From positions 1-30,597 of IMG/VR virus record IMGVR_UViG_3300020042_006438: a stretch of 30,597 nucleotides of DNA. The stretch is one strand, 5' to 3'. Origin of the DNA: a virus. Its lineage: Duplodnaviria > Caudoviricetes. The translations under genes were made by a program, and so were the position numbers. Under the pieces are notes generated by a model, which saw nothing but the letters and a program-made list of their open reading frames with translations, did not search any database and had not been told where the DNA came from. Positions 15,779 through 25,395 of the stretch are shown here, piece after piece (position 1 is the stretch's first letter; every line of letters starts with the position of its first letter).

Positions 15779-16258
15779 ATGGACATTATTACCGTTCGAT
15801 TTATTTCAAAATGGCCGCCTAATATTGCAAGTCTATTAGTCGCCCGATGTGGTGGCTCTAAGCAGTTTAGCCACGTTATGAATATGATCGACGGTATGGC
15901 CTATGAAGCTACGTTTAATCATGGATGTCGCATTGTTCCAGTTAAGCAGGCAATGGAGGGCGCATCATATTATCAAGACATGTATGTTCCCGTGCAAAAC
16001 ATAGAGACAGCGATTAATTTTGGGAAAATGCAGCGCGGTAAAAAATATGATGTTGCTGGTGCGCTAGGTATCCCTTTCCTTATGTCTGAAGACTGGGGCG
16101 ACTGGAGCAAGTGGTGGTGTAGCGAATTTGCATTTATGCAAATTGGTATCGGCGGTAATTTTCTATTTGATAAAGATGCACAAAAGCGAATAACGCCACA
16201 ACATTTACACATGTGTAATTACAAAAAATCAGAGTTAAAAAAATATATTCCTGACTAA
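15779..16258 (+). CDS. Permuted papain-like (YiiX/YaeF-type NlpC/P60) amidase
   Basis: His-before-Cys order: 'FSHV', 'GKKYD', 'WWCSE', 'ITP'. Confidence 0.8.
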   Translation: MDIITVRFISKWPPNIASLLVARCGGSKQFSHVMNMIDGMAYEATFNHGCRIVPVKQAMEGASYYQDMYVPVQNIETAINFGKMQRGKKYDVAGALGIPFLMSEDWGDWSKWWCSEFAFMQIGIGGNFLFDKDAQKRITPQHLHMCNYKKSELKKYIPD

Positions 16259-16261
16259 TTC

Positions 16262-16285
16262 AAGCCGCTGAAAAGCGGTTTTTTT
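16262..16285 (+). terminator. Intrinsic terminator
   Basis: AAGCCGC-TGAAAA-GCGG-T7. Confidence 0.75.
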
Positions 16286-16297
16286 ATGGGCGATTGA

Positions 16298-17848
16298 ATG
16301 GCATCATTACCGATTAACACATGTGGACAATACGGCATTATTCGCGATGTATTCCCGCATGAATTGCCCGATGGCGCATGGAGTGAAGGCAAGAATGTTC
16401 GTTTTGTAAATGGTTATGCGGAACAGATGAAAGGCCATTTGCCCGTCTATGGCGCATCCTCTATTGAGCCGTACTTTTTACTACCTTATAGCACGTCAGG
16501 GGCACGTAATTGGATTTATGCAGGGGCAAACAAGGCCTATTCTGTGACAGTCGATGTCCATACGAATATCACGCGTCAATCTGGTGGTGTTGATGTCAAT
16601 TACACGGCAACTGCGAATAACGTTTGGACAGGCACTGACTTAAGCGGCATTGCTATTTTTAACAATGGCACAGACGCACCTCAGCAATGGCCTGGCACTG
16701 GTCGCGCTGCCAATTTAAGCAATTGGCCGTCCGGCTATTCATGCAAAGCATTGCGGTCATATAAATACTGCGGCATTGCCATGAATTTAACAATATCTGG
16801 CAATAATTATCCGCATCGTGTTCTATATTCGCAGCCTGCGGAACCAGGTTCTGTGCCTAGTAGTTGGGATATTGGCGATGATACGAAAGACGCAGGGGAA
16901 TTTGACTTATCTAAAACCGATGGCCGCTTAATTGATGGCGCGGTCATGGGGGATAGTTTTTATCTGTACAAAGAATCGTCCATTTACCGCATGAGTTATG
17001 TCGGTGGTGGTGCGATATTCAATATTTCCGATCCAATTACAGAAGAAGCAGGCGCATTAGCATTAAATTGTATTGCCTCTTTCCCTGGCGGCCATGTCGT
17101 TTTAGGCCAAGGCGATATATTCGTATTTAATGGCGCGCAAGCGGAAAGTATCATTGATGCGCGTATGCGCCGATGGCTACAATCGTCATTAGATGCAACC
17201 TATTTTAATCGATCTTTTCTAGCTACTAATCCAACAAAAAATGAAATATGGGTATGCCTCCCATTGGTAGGGTATGACTTGCCCAATATCGCATTAATTT
17301 GGAATTACAAAACAAATACATGGACGTTCCGCGACCTACCAAGTATCCACTACGCAGCCTCAGGCGTTATTGATACGATTGTCACTAATTCGATTGATTC
17401 GCGCACGAACATTATTGACAGTTACACCGACCCGATTGATTACAACGAATATACGCAGTCGTCTAAGCGTTTAGTCATGGCCGATGATGCAAGCGAAATG
17501 TTTTTAGCTGACGCGTCACGTCAATTCGATGGCATGAATTACACATCGTATATTGCACGGACAGGGATGGATTTTGGTAACTCAAATCGTTTTAAATTTG
17601 TCAGCTCTATTCGCCCCATGTTTGATGGCGGTACCAATAACGTCATTCAAATTTATGTTGGTGGCGCAAATGATTTGACCGCGGCGATTACGTGGAGTGA
17701 GCCATTTAATTTCACAATCGGGCAAGATTTTGAAGCGACGTTTGAACAAGAATGGCGTTATATAGCGATTAAATTTGAAACGACGGTGCAAACGTATTGG
17801 CGCTTAAAAAGTATGATTATTGAATACGAATTTACGGGGATGTACTAA
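16298..17848 (+). CDS. Tail hub/nozzle protein (P22 gp10-like role)
   Basis: 516 aa, beta-propeller-like composition, N-terminal 'ELPDGAWSEGKNVRF'; position. Confidence 0.75.
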   Translation: MASLPINTCGQYGIIRDVFPHELPDGAWSEGKNVRFVNGYAEQMKGHLPVYGASSIEPYFLLPYSTSGARNWIYAGANKAYSVTVDVHTNITRQSGGVDVNYTATANNVWTGTDLSGIAIFNNGTDAPQQWPGTGRAANLSNWPSGYSCKALRSYKYCGIAMNLTISGNNYPHRVLYSQPAEPGSVPSSWDIGDDTKDAGEFDLSKTDGRLIDGAVMGDSFYLYKESSIYRMSYVGGGAIFNISDPITEEAGALALNCIASFPGGHVVLGQGDIFVFNGAQAESIIDARMRRWLQSSLDATYFNRSFLATNPTKNEIWVCLPLVGYDLPNIALIWNYKTNTWTFRDLPSIHYAASGVIDTIVTNSIDSRTNIIDSYTDPIDYNEYTQSSKRLVMADDASEMFLADASRQFDGMNYTSYIARTGMDFGNSNRFKFVSSIRPMFDGGTNNVIQIYVGGANDLTAAITWSEPFNFTIGQDFEATFEQEWRYIAIKFETTVQTYWRLKSMIIEYEFTGMY

Positions 17849-20800
17849 TGGATTATAGATTTGGTAATGTTCCCGTTAATGTCGCTGAAGTGCCTAGTTT
17901 TTTACAGCGCGAATTTCCTCGTCTTCAGCAAGTATTAAATAATGCACAAGATATTGTTTGGTTGCGCCCTTTAACCGTCGAACCTGTCAAAAAACGGGAA
18001 GGTATGACCGTTATTGCTGATGGCGCGAATTGGAACCCAGGCTTAGGCGCTGGCACTTATCAATATCTTGGCGGTGTGTGGGTAAAATTTGAGGCAGCCT
18101 CATCAATTGGGAATGTTACTTCTGTTGGATTGGCATTGCCTTCTGAATTTACAGTATCAGGAAGCCCTATAACAACGTCAGGAACATTAACTGGGGCATG
18201 GGCAAGTCAGACGCAAAATTATGCGTTTATGGCGCCATCTGGTGCGAATGGAGTGCCGTCTTTTCGTCCGATGTTAAGTGTTGATGTATCAGACGCAACT
18301 AACGCAAATACAGCCAGTAAAATTGTTAAACGTGACGCAAGCGGCAATTTTTCAGCCGGTACGATTACAGCAGCGTTAATCGGCAATGCGACTACAGCAA
18401 CCGCATGGCAGACTGCAAGAGCACTTTCCTATACGGGCGATGCAACAGGTTCAATGTCGGTCGATGGTTCGGCTAATGCAAGTGCTGCTTTAACGTTGGC
18501 TGATACGGCGGTAACGGCTGGAAGTTATGGTAGTGGTACAAATGTATCTACTTTCACAGTAGACAGTAAAGGACGTTTAATAGCGGCATCCAACACAGCA
18601 ATATCTTTTCCTGTTGCCAGTGTATTTGGACAAACTGGCGCAATTGCGGATTTAAGCGGCGATGTAACAACATCCGGCAGCTCTGCAACAACTATTGCAA
18701 ATAATGCCGTCACATTGGCAAAATTCCAGACTATTGCAACGGATTCTTTTATTGGACGCGATACAGCAGGAACCGGCAATATTGAGGTACTCAATCAAGC
18801 TACGGCAAAGGCGATGCTTGATTTATCAGGCACCAATACAGGCGACCAAACCATCACATTAACAGGCGATGTAACGGGCAGCGGTACAGGATCATTTGCA
18901 GCGACATTGGCAACTGTTAATGCCAATGTCGGTAGTTTTGGCAGTGCATCTAGCGTAAGTGTTATTACAGCAAATGCAAAAGGGTTAATTACAGCCGCTG
19001 CCGATACAGCCATCCAGATTGCAGAATCACAGGTCACAGGATTAACTAGTAATCTAGCAGGAAAACAGCCGTTAGACGCGACATTAACCGCATTAGCTGC
19101 ATACAATACAAACGGCATCCTTGTTCAAATTGCAGCAAATACATTTGCAGGCCGCACAATCGAGGGCGTAACTGACCGTACCACAATTACAAACGGCAAT
19201 GGCGTTAGCGGCAACCCAATAGCAGACATTGCCAGTACATATGCAGGTCAAACCAGCATCACAATTTTAGGCAATATTACGCCTTTGTCTGTTGCTTCAA
19301 TCGGCACTGTAACTGGTTCCAATCTTTCCGGCACTAATACGGGCGATCAAACAATTACGTTAACAGGTGACGTTACAGGAAACGGCACTGGCAGTTTTGC
19401 AACAACAATCGGCGCATCAAAAGTTGTTAATAGCATGATTAATGATGTGGCATGGTCAAAAGTAACTAGCACCCCGACTACATTGGCCGGTTATGGAATT
19501 ACGGATGCAGGCACAGTCACTAATGTTTCCGTGGTCACGGCAAACGGCATATCAGGCAGCGTGGCAACGTCCACGACAACACCGTCCATTACTTTAGTGT
19601 TGGGCGACATTACGCCGACGACGGTTAATGGTGTGTCTTTTTCAGCATTTATGGGGGCGCCGTCTAGCTTGGCTGTTTTTGGCACTTCAAGTATTACAGG
19701 AACCAACACAGGGGATGTTACAAAATCTGGACAAACTTATTTATCATTAAGTGGACAAGCATTAACGGCAAATCAAATTAATTTAACTTCTCATGTGACA
19801 GGAGTACTCCCAGGAGGAAATGGGGGGACTGATAATGGATTTATGTCGTTTAGTGGCCCGTCAACTACGCCTAAAGTTTTTATATTGCCTAATGCTACAT
19901 CGACAATTCTAACTGCTGATGGCACCTCAATAGGATCAATGTTTTATGGCACAGGTACAGGTTCCCCTTTAACTTATGCTTTAATTTCACCAAATACCAC
20001 AATTAACAAGCGGTTTCTTTCAATGACAGGAACTGGTTCTGCTGGGGCTGCCCCTACGTGGATAGGGTTGACTAGTACAGATGTTGGATTGGGTAACGTT
20101 GAAAATACCGCGTTATCGACGTGGGCGGGATCAACAAATTTAACGACTGCCGGAACTTTCACAACTGCAACATGGAATGCGGGCGTTATTGCAGGTCAAT
20201 ACGGCGGAACAGGCGTTAATAATAGCGGGAAAACAATCACACTAGGCGGCAATTTAACGACCTCTGGCGCATACGGTTCAACATTTACAATGACGGGCAC
20301 AACAAATGTCACGTTTCCAACATCAGGCACATTAGCGACAACTTCTGGCGTAGTAACGTCAATCACCGGCACAGCAAATCAAATCAATGCAAGCGCGTCT
20401 ACGGGCGCTGTAACGTTGTCATTGCCGCAGTCGATAGCAACTACTTCAGCGCCAACTTTCGCGGATTTGACGATACAGGGCAGTTCACCAGACATAGGAT
20501 TAATCCCTTCTTCTGGCAACGGCACGCTTTCTTTTTACAATTCCTCATCTACTTTAAAATGGCAATTGGGGAATTCATCTAGCAGCGCATTGTTTTTTTA
20601 CGATGCTGCAAACAATAACAATTTTATTGATGTTGGCACAGATGGCCATTTGTTATTGCAGCAAATAACAAAAAATGTGGCGATTGGCGACTCTATTGCT
20701 CCAGTTCGCAAACTTGTTGTAAAAAGCAGTGATAACGAAGCCATTTTTTTAAAGCGAATTACAACTGCAAACAGTCAAACAACGGGGCTATTATTTAATG

Positions 20801-21504
20801 TTGGTAACGGCGTTGCAACCAATACCGATTATTCTAAAGCGGCGGTTTATTTTCGCCGTAATGATACGCCTGGGGCTGGAATAGGAAATGGCGATTTTAT
20901 CATCGCTGTTAATACCGCAGCAACCACTACGCCTGTTTCTGTATCAGATGAACGTTTTAAAGTTGATTATCTAGGTAATACAACAATAACGGGAACAACA
21001 ACACTTACAGGAAGCGCCACAGTATCAAGCGCTCTTGGAGTAGGGACTTCTTCCCCTATTGGGAAGTTATCAAATACAGCAACTAACTGGGCACCTGTTG
21101 TTAGTGGTTCCGGTGTTTCTTCTAATGGGCTGGTATGGTCTGATGCTGGTAACGGATGGGTAGAGCTTATCCGCAATACAGATAATACAAACGGCAGTTC
21201 GGGGCTAGGTATATCAACAGCAAACACCGGAACATCCACGTATCCTTTATCACTTGAATCAGGCGGCGTTAGTAGGATGTACGTCCGAGGCGATGGCCTT
21301 GTTTCAGTCGCTGGTAGTTTAATAGTAGGAACTGGGGCGCAGGCTACTACATCTACCGCAAATTTTTTATATATTGCGACATGCGCGGGCGCGCCAACGG
21401 GGGTTCCCCCTGCATTTTCTGGATTAGTTGCAATGCGGTACGACAGCACAAATAATCGAATTTGTTTTTATAACGGAGCATGGCGCAGTGTCGCCGTGGC
21501 ATAA
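17848..21504 (+). CDS. Long tail fibre/needle-like protein
   Basis: 1218 aa, Thr/Gly/Ser-rich, repeated 'LTGDVTG' and 'VTSV' motifs, C-terminal 'RYDSTNNRICFYNGAW'. Confidence 0.85.
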   Translation: MDYRFGNVPVNVAEVPSFLQREFPRLQQVLNNAQDIVWLRPLTVEPVKKREGMTVIADGANWNPGLGAGTYQYLGGVWVKFEAASSIGNVTSVGLALPSEFTVSGSPITTSGTLTGAWASQTQNYAFMAPSGANGVPSFRPMLSVDVSDATNANTASKIVKRDASGNFSAGTITAALIGNATTATAWQTARALSYTGDATGSMSVDGSANASAALTLADTAVTAGSYGSGTNVSTFTVDSKGRLIAASNTAISFPVASVFGQTGAIADLSGDVTTSGSSATTIANNAVTLAKFQTIATDSFIGRDTAGTGNIEVLNQATAKAMLDLSGTNTGDQTITLTGDVTGSGTGSFAATLATVNANVGSFGSASSVSVITANAKGLITAAADTAIQIAESQVTGLTSNLAGKQPLDATLTALAAYNTNGILVQIAANTFAGRTIEGVTDRTTITNGNGVSGNPIADIASTYAGQTSITILGNITPLSVASIGTVTGSNLSGTNTGDQTITLTGDVTGNGTGSFATTIGASKVVNSMINDVAWSKVTSTPTTLAGYGITDAGTVTNVSVVTANGISGSVATSTTTPSITLVLGDITPTTVNGVSFSAFMGAPSSLAVFGTSSITGTNTGDVTKSGQTYLSLSGQALTANQINLTSHVTGVLPGGNGGTDNGFMSFSGPSTTPKVFILPNATSTILTADGTSIGSMFYGTGTGSPLTYALISPNTTINKRFLSMTGTGSAGAAPTWIGLTSTDVGLGNVENTALSTWAGSTNLTTAGTFTTATWNAGVIAGQYGGTGVNNSGKTITLGGNLTTSGAYGSTFTMTGTTNVTFPTSGTLATTSGVVTSITGTANQINASASTGAVTLSLPQSIATTSAPTFADLTIQGSSPDIGLIPSSGNGTLSFYNSSSTLKWQLGNSSSSALFFYDAANNNNFIDVGTDGHLLLQQITKNVAIGDSIAPVRKLVVKSSDNEAIFLKRITTANSQTTGLLFNVGNGVATNTDYSKAAVYFRRNDTPGAGIGNGDFIIAVNTAATTTPVSVSDERFKVDYLGNTTITGTTTLTGSATVSSALGVGTSSPIGKLSNTATNWAPVVSGSGVSSNGLVWSDAGNGWVELIRNTDNTNGSSGLGISTANTGTSTYPLSLESGGVSRMYVRGDGLVSVAGSLIVGTGAQATTSTANFLYIATCAGAPTGVPPAFSGLVAMRYDSTNNRICFYNGAWRSVAVA
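18823..19407 (+). repeat. 28-aa internal repeat in the fibre (18823-18906 and 19324-19407)
   Basis: LSGTNTGDQTITLTGDVTG(S/N)GTGSFA(A/T)T, 26/28 aa identical. Confidence 0.9.
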
Positions 21505-21506
21505 CT

Positions 21507-21803
21507 ATGGCATTAATTGGGAATTTAGATACGCAATATGGCGTAGTGGCTACGTATCACATCATTACATCGTATAGTTGGAGGAAGTTTAATTTTATTG
21601 ATGTTGAAGTAGCATCTTATGCAAGTCAAATAGCAAGAGAGGACGGGGCAGCGGCATTATGTTCTCAATCTTTTAGACTATCAAATGTGCCGCCCGATTA
21701 TGAAGTGACAGTAAATAATTTGTACACGTTGATTTTGGCGTTACCAATTGAGCAATGTGTATTTGCAAATTCAGAAGTATTTACATCAGATGACGGAGAA
21801 TAA
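21507..21803 (+). CDS. Hypothetical protein, possible fibre chaperone
   Basis: ATG 2 nt after the fibre stop; 'MALIGNLDTQYGV.ATYH.I...VASYASQ.AR'. Confidence 0.65.
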   Translation: MALIGNLDTQYGVVATYHIITSYSWRKFNFIDVEVASYASQIAREDGAAALCSQSFRLSNVPPDYEVTVNNLYTLILALPIEQCVFANSEVFTSDDGE

Positions 21804-21804
21804 A

Positions 21805-21969
21805 ATGGATCACATTATTAAAACAGAGCAAATCGAAGAAACGTTAAAAGTATTGGGTGAATTTCCTGCGAAATACACATTCGGTGTAATTGATATGTTA
21901 AGGCGACTTCCTATTATTGAGCAAAACAAAGACATAACAGAAGAAGTAACAAACAATCAACCGGCTTAA
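21805..21969 (+). CDS. Small hypothetical protein (54 aa)
   Basis: RBS GGAG, ATG21805. Confidence 0.6.
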   Translation: MDHIIKTEQIEETLKVLGEFPAKYTFGVIDMLRRLPIIEQNKDITEEVTNNQPA

Positions 21970-21981
21970 TGCTGGTTTTTT
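21959..21981 (+). terminator. Intrinsic terminator
   Basis: AACCGGC-TTAAT-GCTGG-T6. Confidence 0.7.
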
Positions 21982-21994
21982 ATTGGGGGGGGGA

Positions 21995-22468
21995 ATGAGA
22001 ATTGAGCGTACTCATAACATGGCAGTCGTTAAAGAAATAATGAGCCATCCATTAATTTTTCCTCATATTCATGAAGATGGGATTAACGAAGTAAATCCTC
22101 TTTGCCATGAAGGACTTTACTGGATGCTTGTTTCAGATGATAAGCCAGCGGGCGTGTTCTTAGTACACGCACATAATACATCTTGCTATGAAATGCATAC
22201 CTGCCTTCTCCCTAGGGTATGGGGGGTGCAGTCAAAAGAAGCAGTCAAATTGCTTGGAAATTATTTGTTTAATGAATTGGGCTGCAAAAAGATTATTACC
22301 AATGTGCCTGCTTATAACAAGCGTGCTTTACGTTTTGCGAAAGCCAACGGCATGACGGTAGAGGGAATAAATCGAGCTAGTTACTTACATAACGGCGTTT
22401 TAGAAGATCAAACAATGCTTGGAATCACAAAAGAGGAGTGGATAAAATGCCAGCAGCAATCCCAATAG
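21995..22468 (+). CDS. GNAT-fold protein, P22 gp14-like
   Basis: 'YEMHTCLLPRVWG', 'NKRALRFAKANGMTVEG'; directly precedes the ejection genes. Confidence 0.8.
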   Translation: MRIERTHNMAVVKEIMSHPLIFPHIHEDGINEVNPLCHEGLYWMLVSDDKPAGVFLVHAHNTSCYEMHTCLLPRVWGVQSKEAVKLLGNYLFNELGCKKIITNVPAYNKRALRFAKANGMTVEGINRASYLHNGVLEDQTMLGITKEEWIKCQQQSQ

Positions 22469-23829
22469 CCGCAGCAGTTGCAGGTTCGGCGGCAAGCACC
22501 GCCATGAGCAAGGGGTCAAGTAAATCTGGTGATCAAACTGTCACCACTAAACAACAAATTGACCCACGTATTGCAGATTTATTGTACGGCACTGGTCGCA
22601 CATTAAAGCCAGGTGTAGCAGCGACTTATGCGCCATCTACTTCAGGATCTCAAATATGGAACCCCAACCCATACCGTGAAAGTGGTGCAAATATACGCAA
22701 AGGTGACGGGCAATGGCAATATTCTCCAGAAGTGCAAGGAGCGCAAACTAATCCAGAATCTGATTATATGACCGATGAGGGTTTTCTTGGTCAAATTATG
22801 GCATTGCTTGACCAACAGCAAAAGCCAGGAATGTCTAATTTTGGTACGGGGATAGACAATTATTTAAACGATTATGGTCGCCCCCAATTTGATAATACCA
22901 TGCGTGCCGCGGCTGGGTTAATGACAGGAAATACAAGTGCCCCGCAAATGAGCGCGGCACAAATGCAAGCGGCTCAAATCAATGCACCAAAGCAAAATGA
23001 TTTAGGATTAGCACCTGCATTCCAAGATATGATCTACGGTGAAGCGGGGAATAATCCTTACCTCACTGGTGCAATTCAAAAAGGCATTAATCAATCGAAT
23101 AATGCATTCGGTAACATGCTCACCGATGCGACTAAAAACTTAACGCAAGGTGTATTGCCGGATATCCGTAGAGGTTCTATTTTAAATGGTCAATTCGGTG
23201 GCAGTCGTCAAGGATTGGCAGAAGGTAAAGCCCTTGATAGTTTTAATACGCAAATTGGCCGCGCTTTATCTCAAGTAGGCCAAAACAATACCGATGCAGC
23301 AGTAGGCGCACAAGCTGGCGCATATGATGCCGACCGAAGCCGCGCATTATCGGCGTTAGGAAATTTAAATAGCAATCAATACGGCGTTGCAACAAATAAC
23401 GCGCAATTCCAGCAGCAAGCCAATCAATCCAATGCGGGATGGCAAAATTCAGCTAATCAAGCGAATTTACAAGCGCAATTAGGCACTAACCAATTAAATT
23501 CAGCGAACACATTAGCCGGTATAAATTCAACATCTAACTTGTTGGGGCAGGCATATAACTACGGCACGAATAATGATGCTTACAATATTAATAAGATTGG
23601 CAATGTAAGTTCAATCCTAAGCCCATATACGGGCCTTGGTGGAGGTCAAACACAGACGCAGCCATTGTATTCAAATACGGCAGGAAACCTCCTTGGCGGG
23701 GCTACTGCGGGGCTTGGCTTGTATGATGCTTACAATAAGGCTACTACCACACCAGTTTTATCGCCTGGCGTATCATTTGATGCAAGCAGCACTGTCCGTG
23801 ATCCAATTCGCGGCTCTTACGGCTATTAA
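22447..23829 (+). CDS. Ejection (DNA transfer) protein 1
   Basis: Ala-rich N-terminus, 'NPYL', 'GQFGGSRQGLAEG', Gln/Asn-rich; position. Confidence 0.8.
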   Translation: MPAAIPIAAAVAGSAASTAMSKGSSKSGDQTVTTKQQIDPRIADLLYGTGRTLKPGVAATYAPSTSGSQIWNPNPYRESGANIRKGDGQWQYSPEVQGAQTNPESDYMTDEGFLGQIMALLDQQQKPGMSNFGTGIDNYLNDYGRPQFDNTMRAAAGLMTGNTSAPQMSAAQMQAAQINAPKQNDLGLAPAFQDMIYGEAGNNPYLTGAIQKGINQSNNAFGNMLTDATKNLTQGVLPDIRRGSILNGQFGGSRQGLAEGKALDSFNTQIGRALSQVGQNNTDAAVGAQAGAYDADRSRALSALGNLNSNQYGVATNNAQFQQQANQSNAGWQNSANQANLQAQLGTNQLNSANTLAGINSTSNLLGQAYNYGTNNDAYNINKIGNVSSILSPYTGLGGGQTQTQPLYSNTAGNLLGGATAGLGLYDAYNKATTTPVLSPGVSFDASSTVRDPIRGSYGY

Positions 23830-23838
23830 GGAATAATT

Positions 23839-25395
23839 ATGGGCTTATTTGATAATTTAAATTTTGATGATCCTAAAACAATGGGGTTATTGTCGGCAGC
23901 TGCAAATATTTTAAGTGCTAGTGGCCCATCAACAACCCCGCGTAGCTTTGGGCAGATATTGGGCAGTGGGTTAGGTGGCGGGATGCAGGCTTATCAAGGT
24001 GCTATTGAGCAGAAAATGAAGCGCGACGAAGAAAAGCAGATGAATGATTACCGGAAAGCGCAAATAGGTGAACTACAAGCTAAAACAATTTCATCTAAAA
24101 ATAAGCAAGATGTATTGTCGCGCATTGCATCAAATTATGAAATGGATTCTACCTATAAACCAAGTATGGCAGATTTATTGACGATTGACCCTGAAAGCGC
24201 AGTCAAAAGTATATTGCCAGGAGGCAGCGATTTTGGCGTTACCCCGCAAGTTGGAATTAACCCATCCACTGGGGAATATGGTTTTTTTGTGCAAGATAAG
24301 AATGGTAACGAAAAATGGAGTAATGCAAAAGTGCCCCCAAGTTATCAATATATCCCTGGCTCAGATTACAAAGCAGCTCAAATGTTTAACAAAAGAGGTG
24401 GCGAAATGTCACCAATTGGCGGCGGCAGCGGGATGCCGCAATCGTCAATGATGCCTAATGGCGGCTTAAATACTTCTATTCAAGCATCAGAAATTGCGCC
24501 GGTAGATGATCTTGCGCCTTGGAAGGATATTACATCACCAAAAGAACAAGATTCTATGAAGCAGCGAACTTACGAACAAGATAGGAAGCGGCTTGATGAG
24601 CTTAATGCCAAAGTCGCTCAGGGGCGTTCTAATATGCGCGACCTGGAACGTTTTGGGGAGCTTAATCGACAGGAAGGAACGGGTGGCTTGATTGATCGTA
24701 TTGGGGTAATACCTACGTTTGATGAGCAAAAACAAGAAATGGAGTCTATTCAATCAAGGCTTGCACCCCAATTGCGCGTTGAAGGTTCAGGCGCATCTTC
24801 AGATAAAGATATGGGATTATATTTAAAAAGTTTGCCAGGCACGGATAAGGGTGGCAATGTAAATAGAAGCATTCGTGAACAATACGCTGATCAATTAAAA
24901 AATGCAGAAGAAGAACTTGCATTTAAATCAAAGTATTTAACTCAAAAAGGCTACCTCGATGGGGCAGATGAAGCATATTTAGCGTCAAAACAGACCAATA
25001 AAAATTCAAGCGACATGTCAAATGAAAATGCTTTTTACCGGCTTCCAAAACCAACTCAGGAATTTCTTCTTAAAGCGCAAGCCTCTAATTCTGGTAAGCC
25101 AGTAATATTTAATTTAGATTTAGGCAATGGCAGAACATACAAAGGGACTGTTCCAAAAGCAGATACAGAGAAAAATTTACGTTTAATGGAAGTCGATTCT
25201 ATTAATCGCAATTATGGCGTACAGAGTGACGCTCAAAATAATCAGGTTAAACAGCCCACACAACAAAAACAAGCGCAAAGCTACCTCCCCGCTCTGCCCA
25301 CTGCAAATAAGTCAAACCAAGGAAAAACGGCAATTGACCATGATACTGGCAAGCGTTACAAAAGCAATGGCATGCAATGGATGGAGGTTAAATAA
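23839..25395 (+). CDS. Ejection (DNA transfer) protein 2
   Basis: 'MGLFD...GLLSAAANILSASGPS', 'GSGASSDKD...LP', C-terminal 'GKRYKSNGMQW'. Confidence 0.8.
   Translation: MGLFDNLNFDDPKTMGLLSAAANILSASGPSTTPRSFGQILGSGLGGGMQAYQGAIEQKMKRDEEKQMNDYRKAQIGELQAKTISSKNKQDVLSRIASNYEMDSTYKPSMADLLTIDPESAVKSILPGGSDFGVTPQVGINPSTGEYGFFVQDKNGNEKWSNAKVPPSYQYIPGSDYKAAQMFNKRGGEMSPIGGGSGMPQSSMMPNGGLNTSIQASEIAPVDDLAPWKDITSPKEQDSMKQRTYEQDRKRLDELNAKVAQGRSNMRDLERFGELNRQEGTGGLIDRIGVIPTFDEQKQEMESIQSRLAPQLRVEGSGASSDKDMGLYLKSLPGTDKGGNVNRSIREQYADQLKNAEEELAFKSKYLTQKGYLDGADEAYLASKQTNKNSSDMSNENAFYRLPKPTQEFLLKAQASNSGKPVIFNLDLGNGRTYKGTVPKADTEKNLRLMEVDSINRNYGVQSDAQNNQVKQPTQQKQAQSYLPALPTANKSNQGKTAIDHDTGKRYKSNGMQWMEVK

Noticed and set aside
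18823-19407. Diversity-generating retroelement TR/VR pair
   Set aside because: Differences are mostly synonymous and not adenine-specific, both copies are internal to one gene, and no reverse transcriptase is present.
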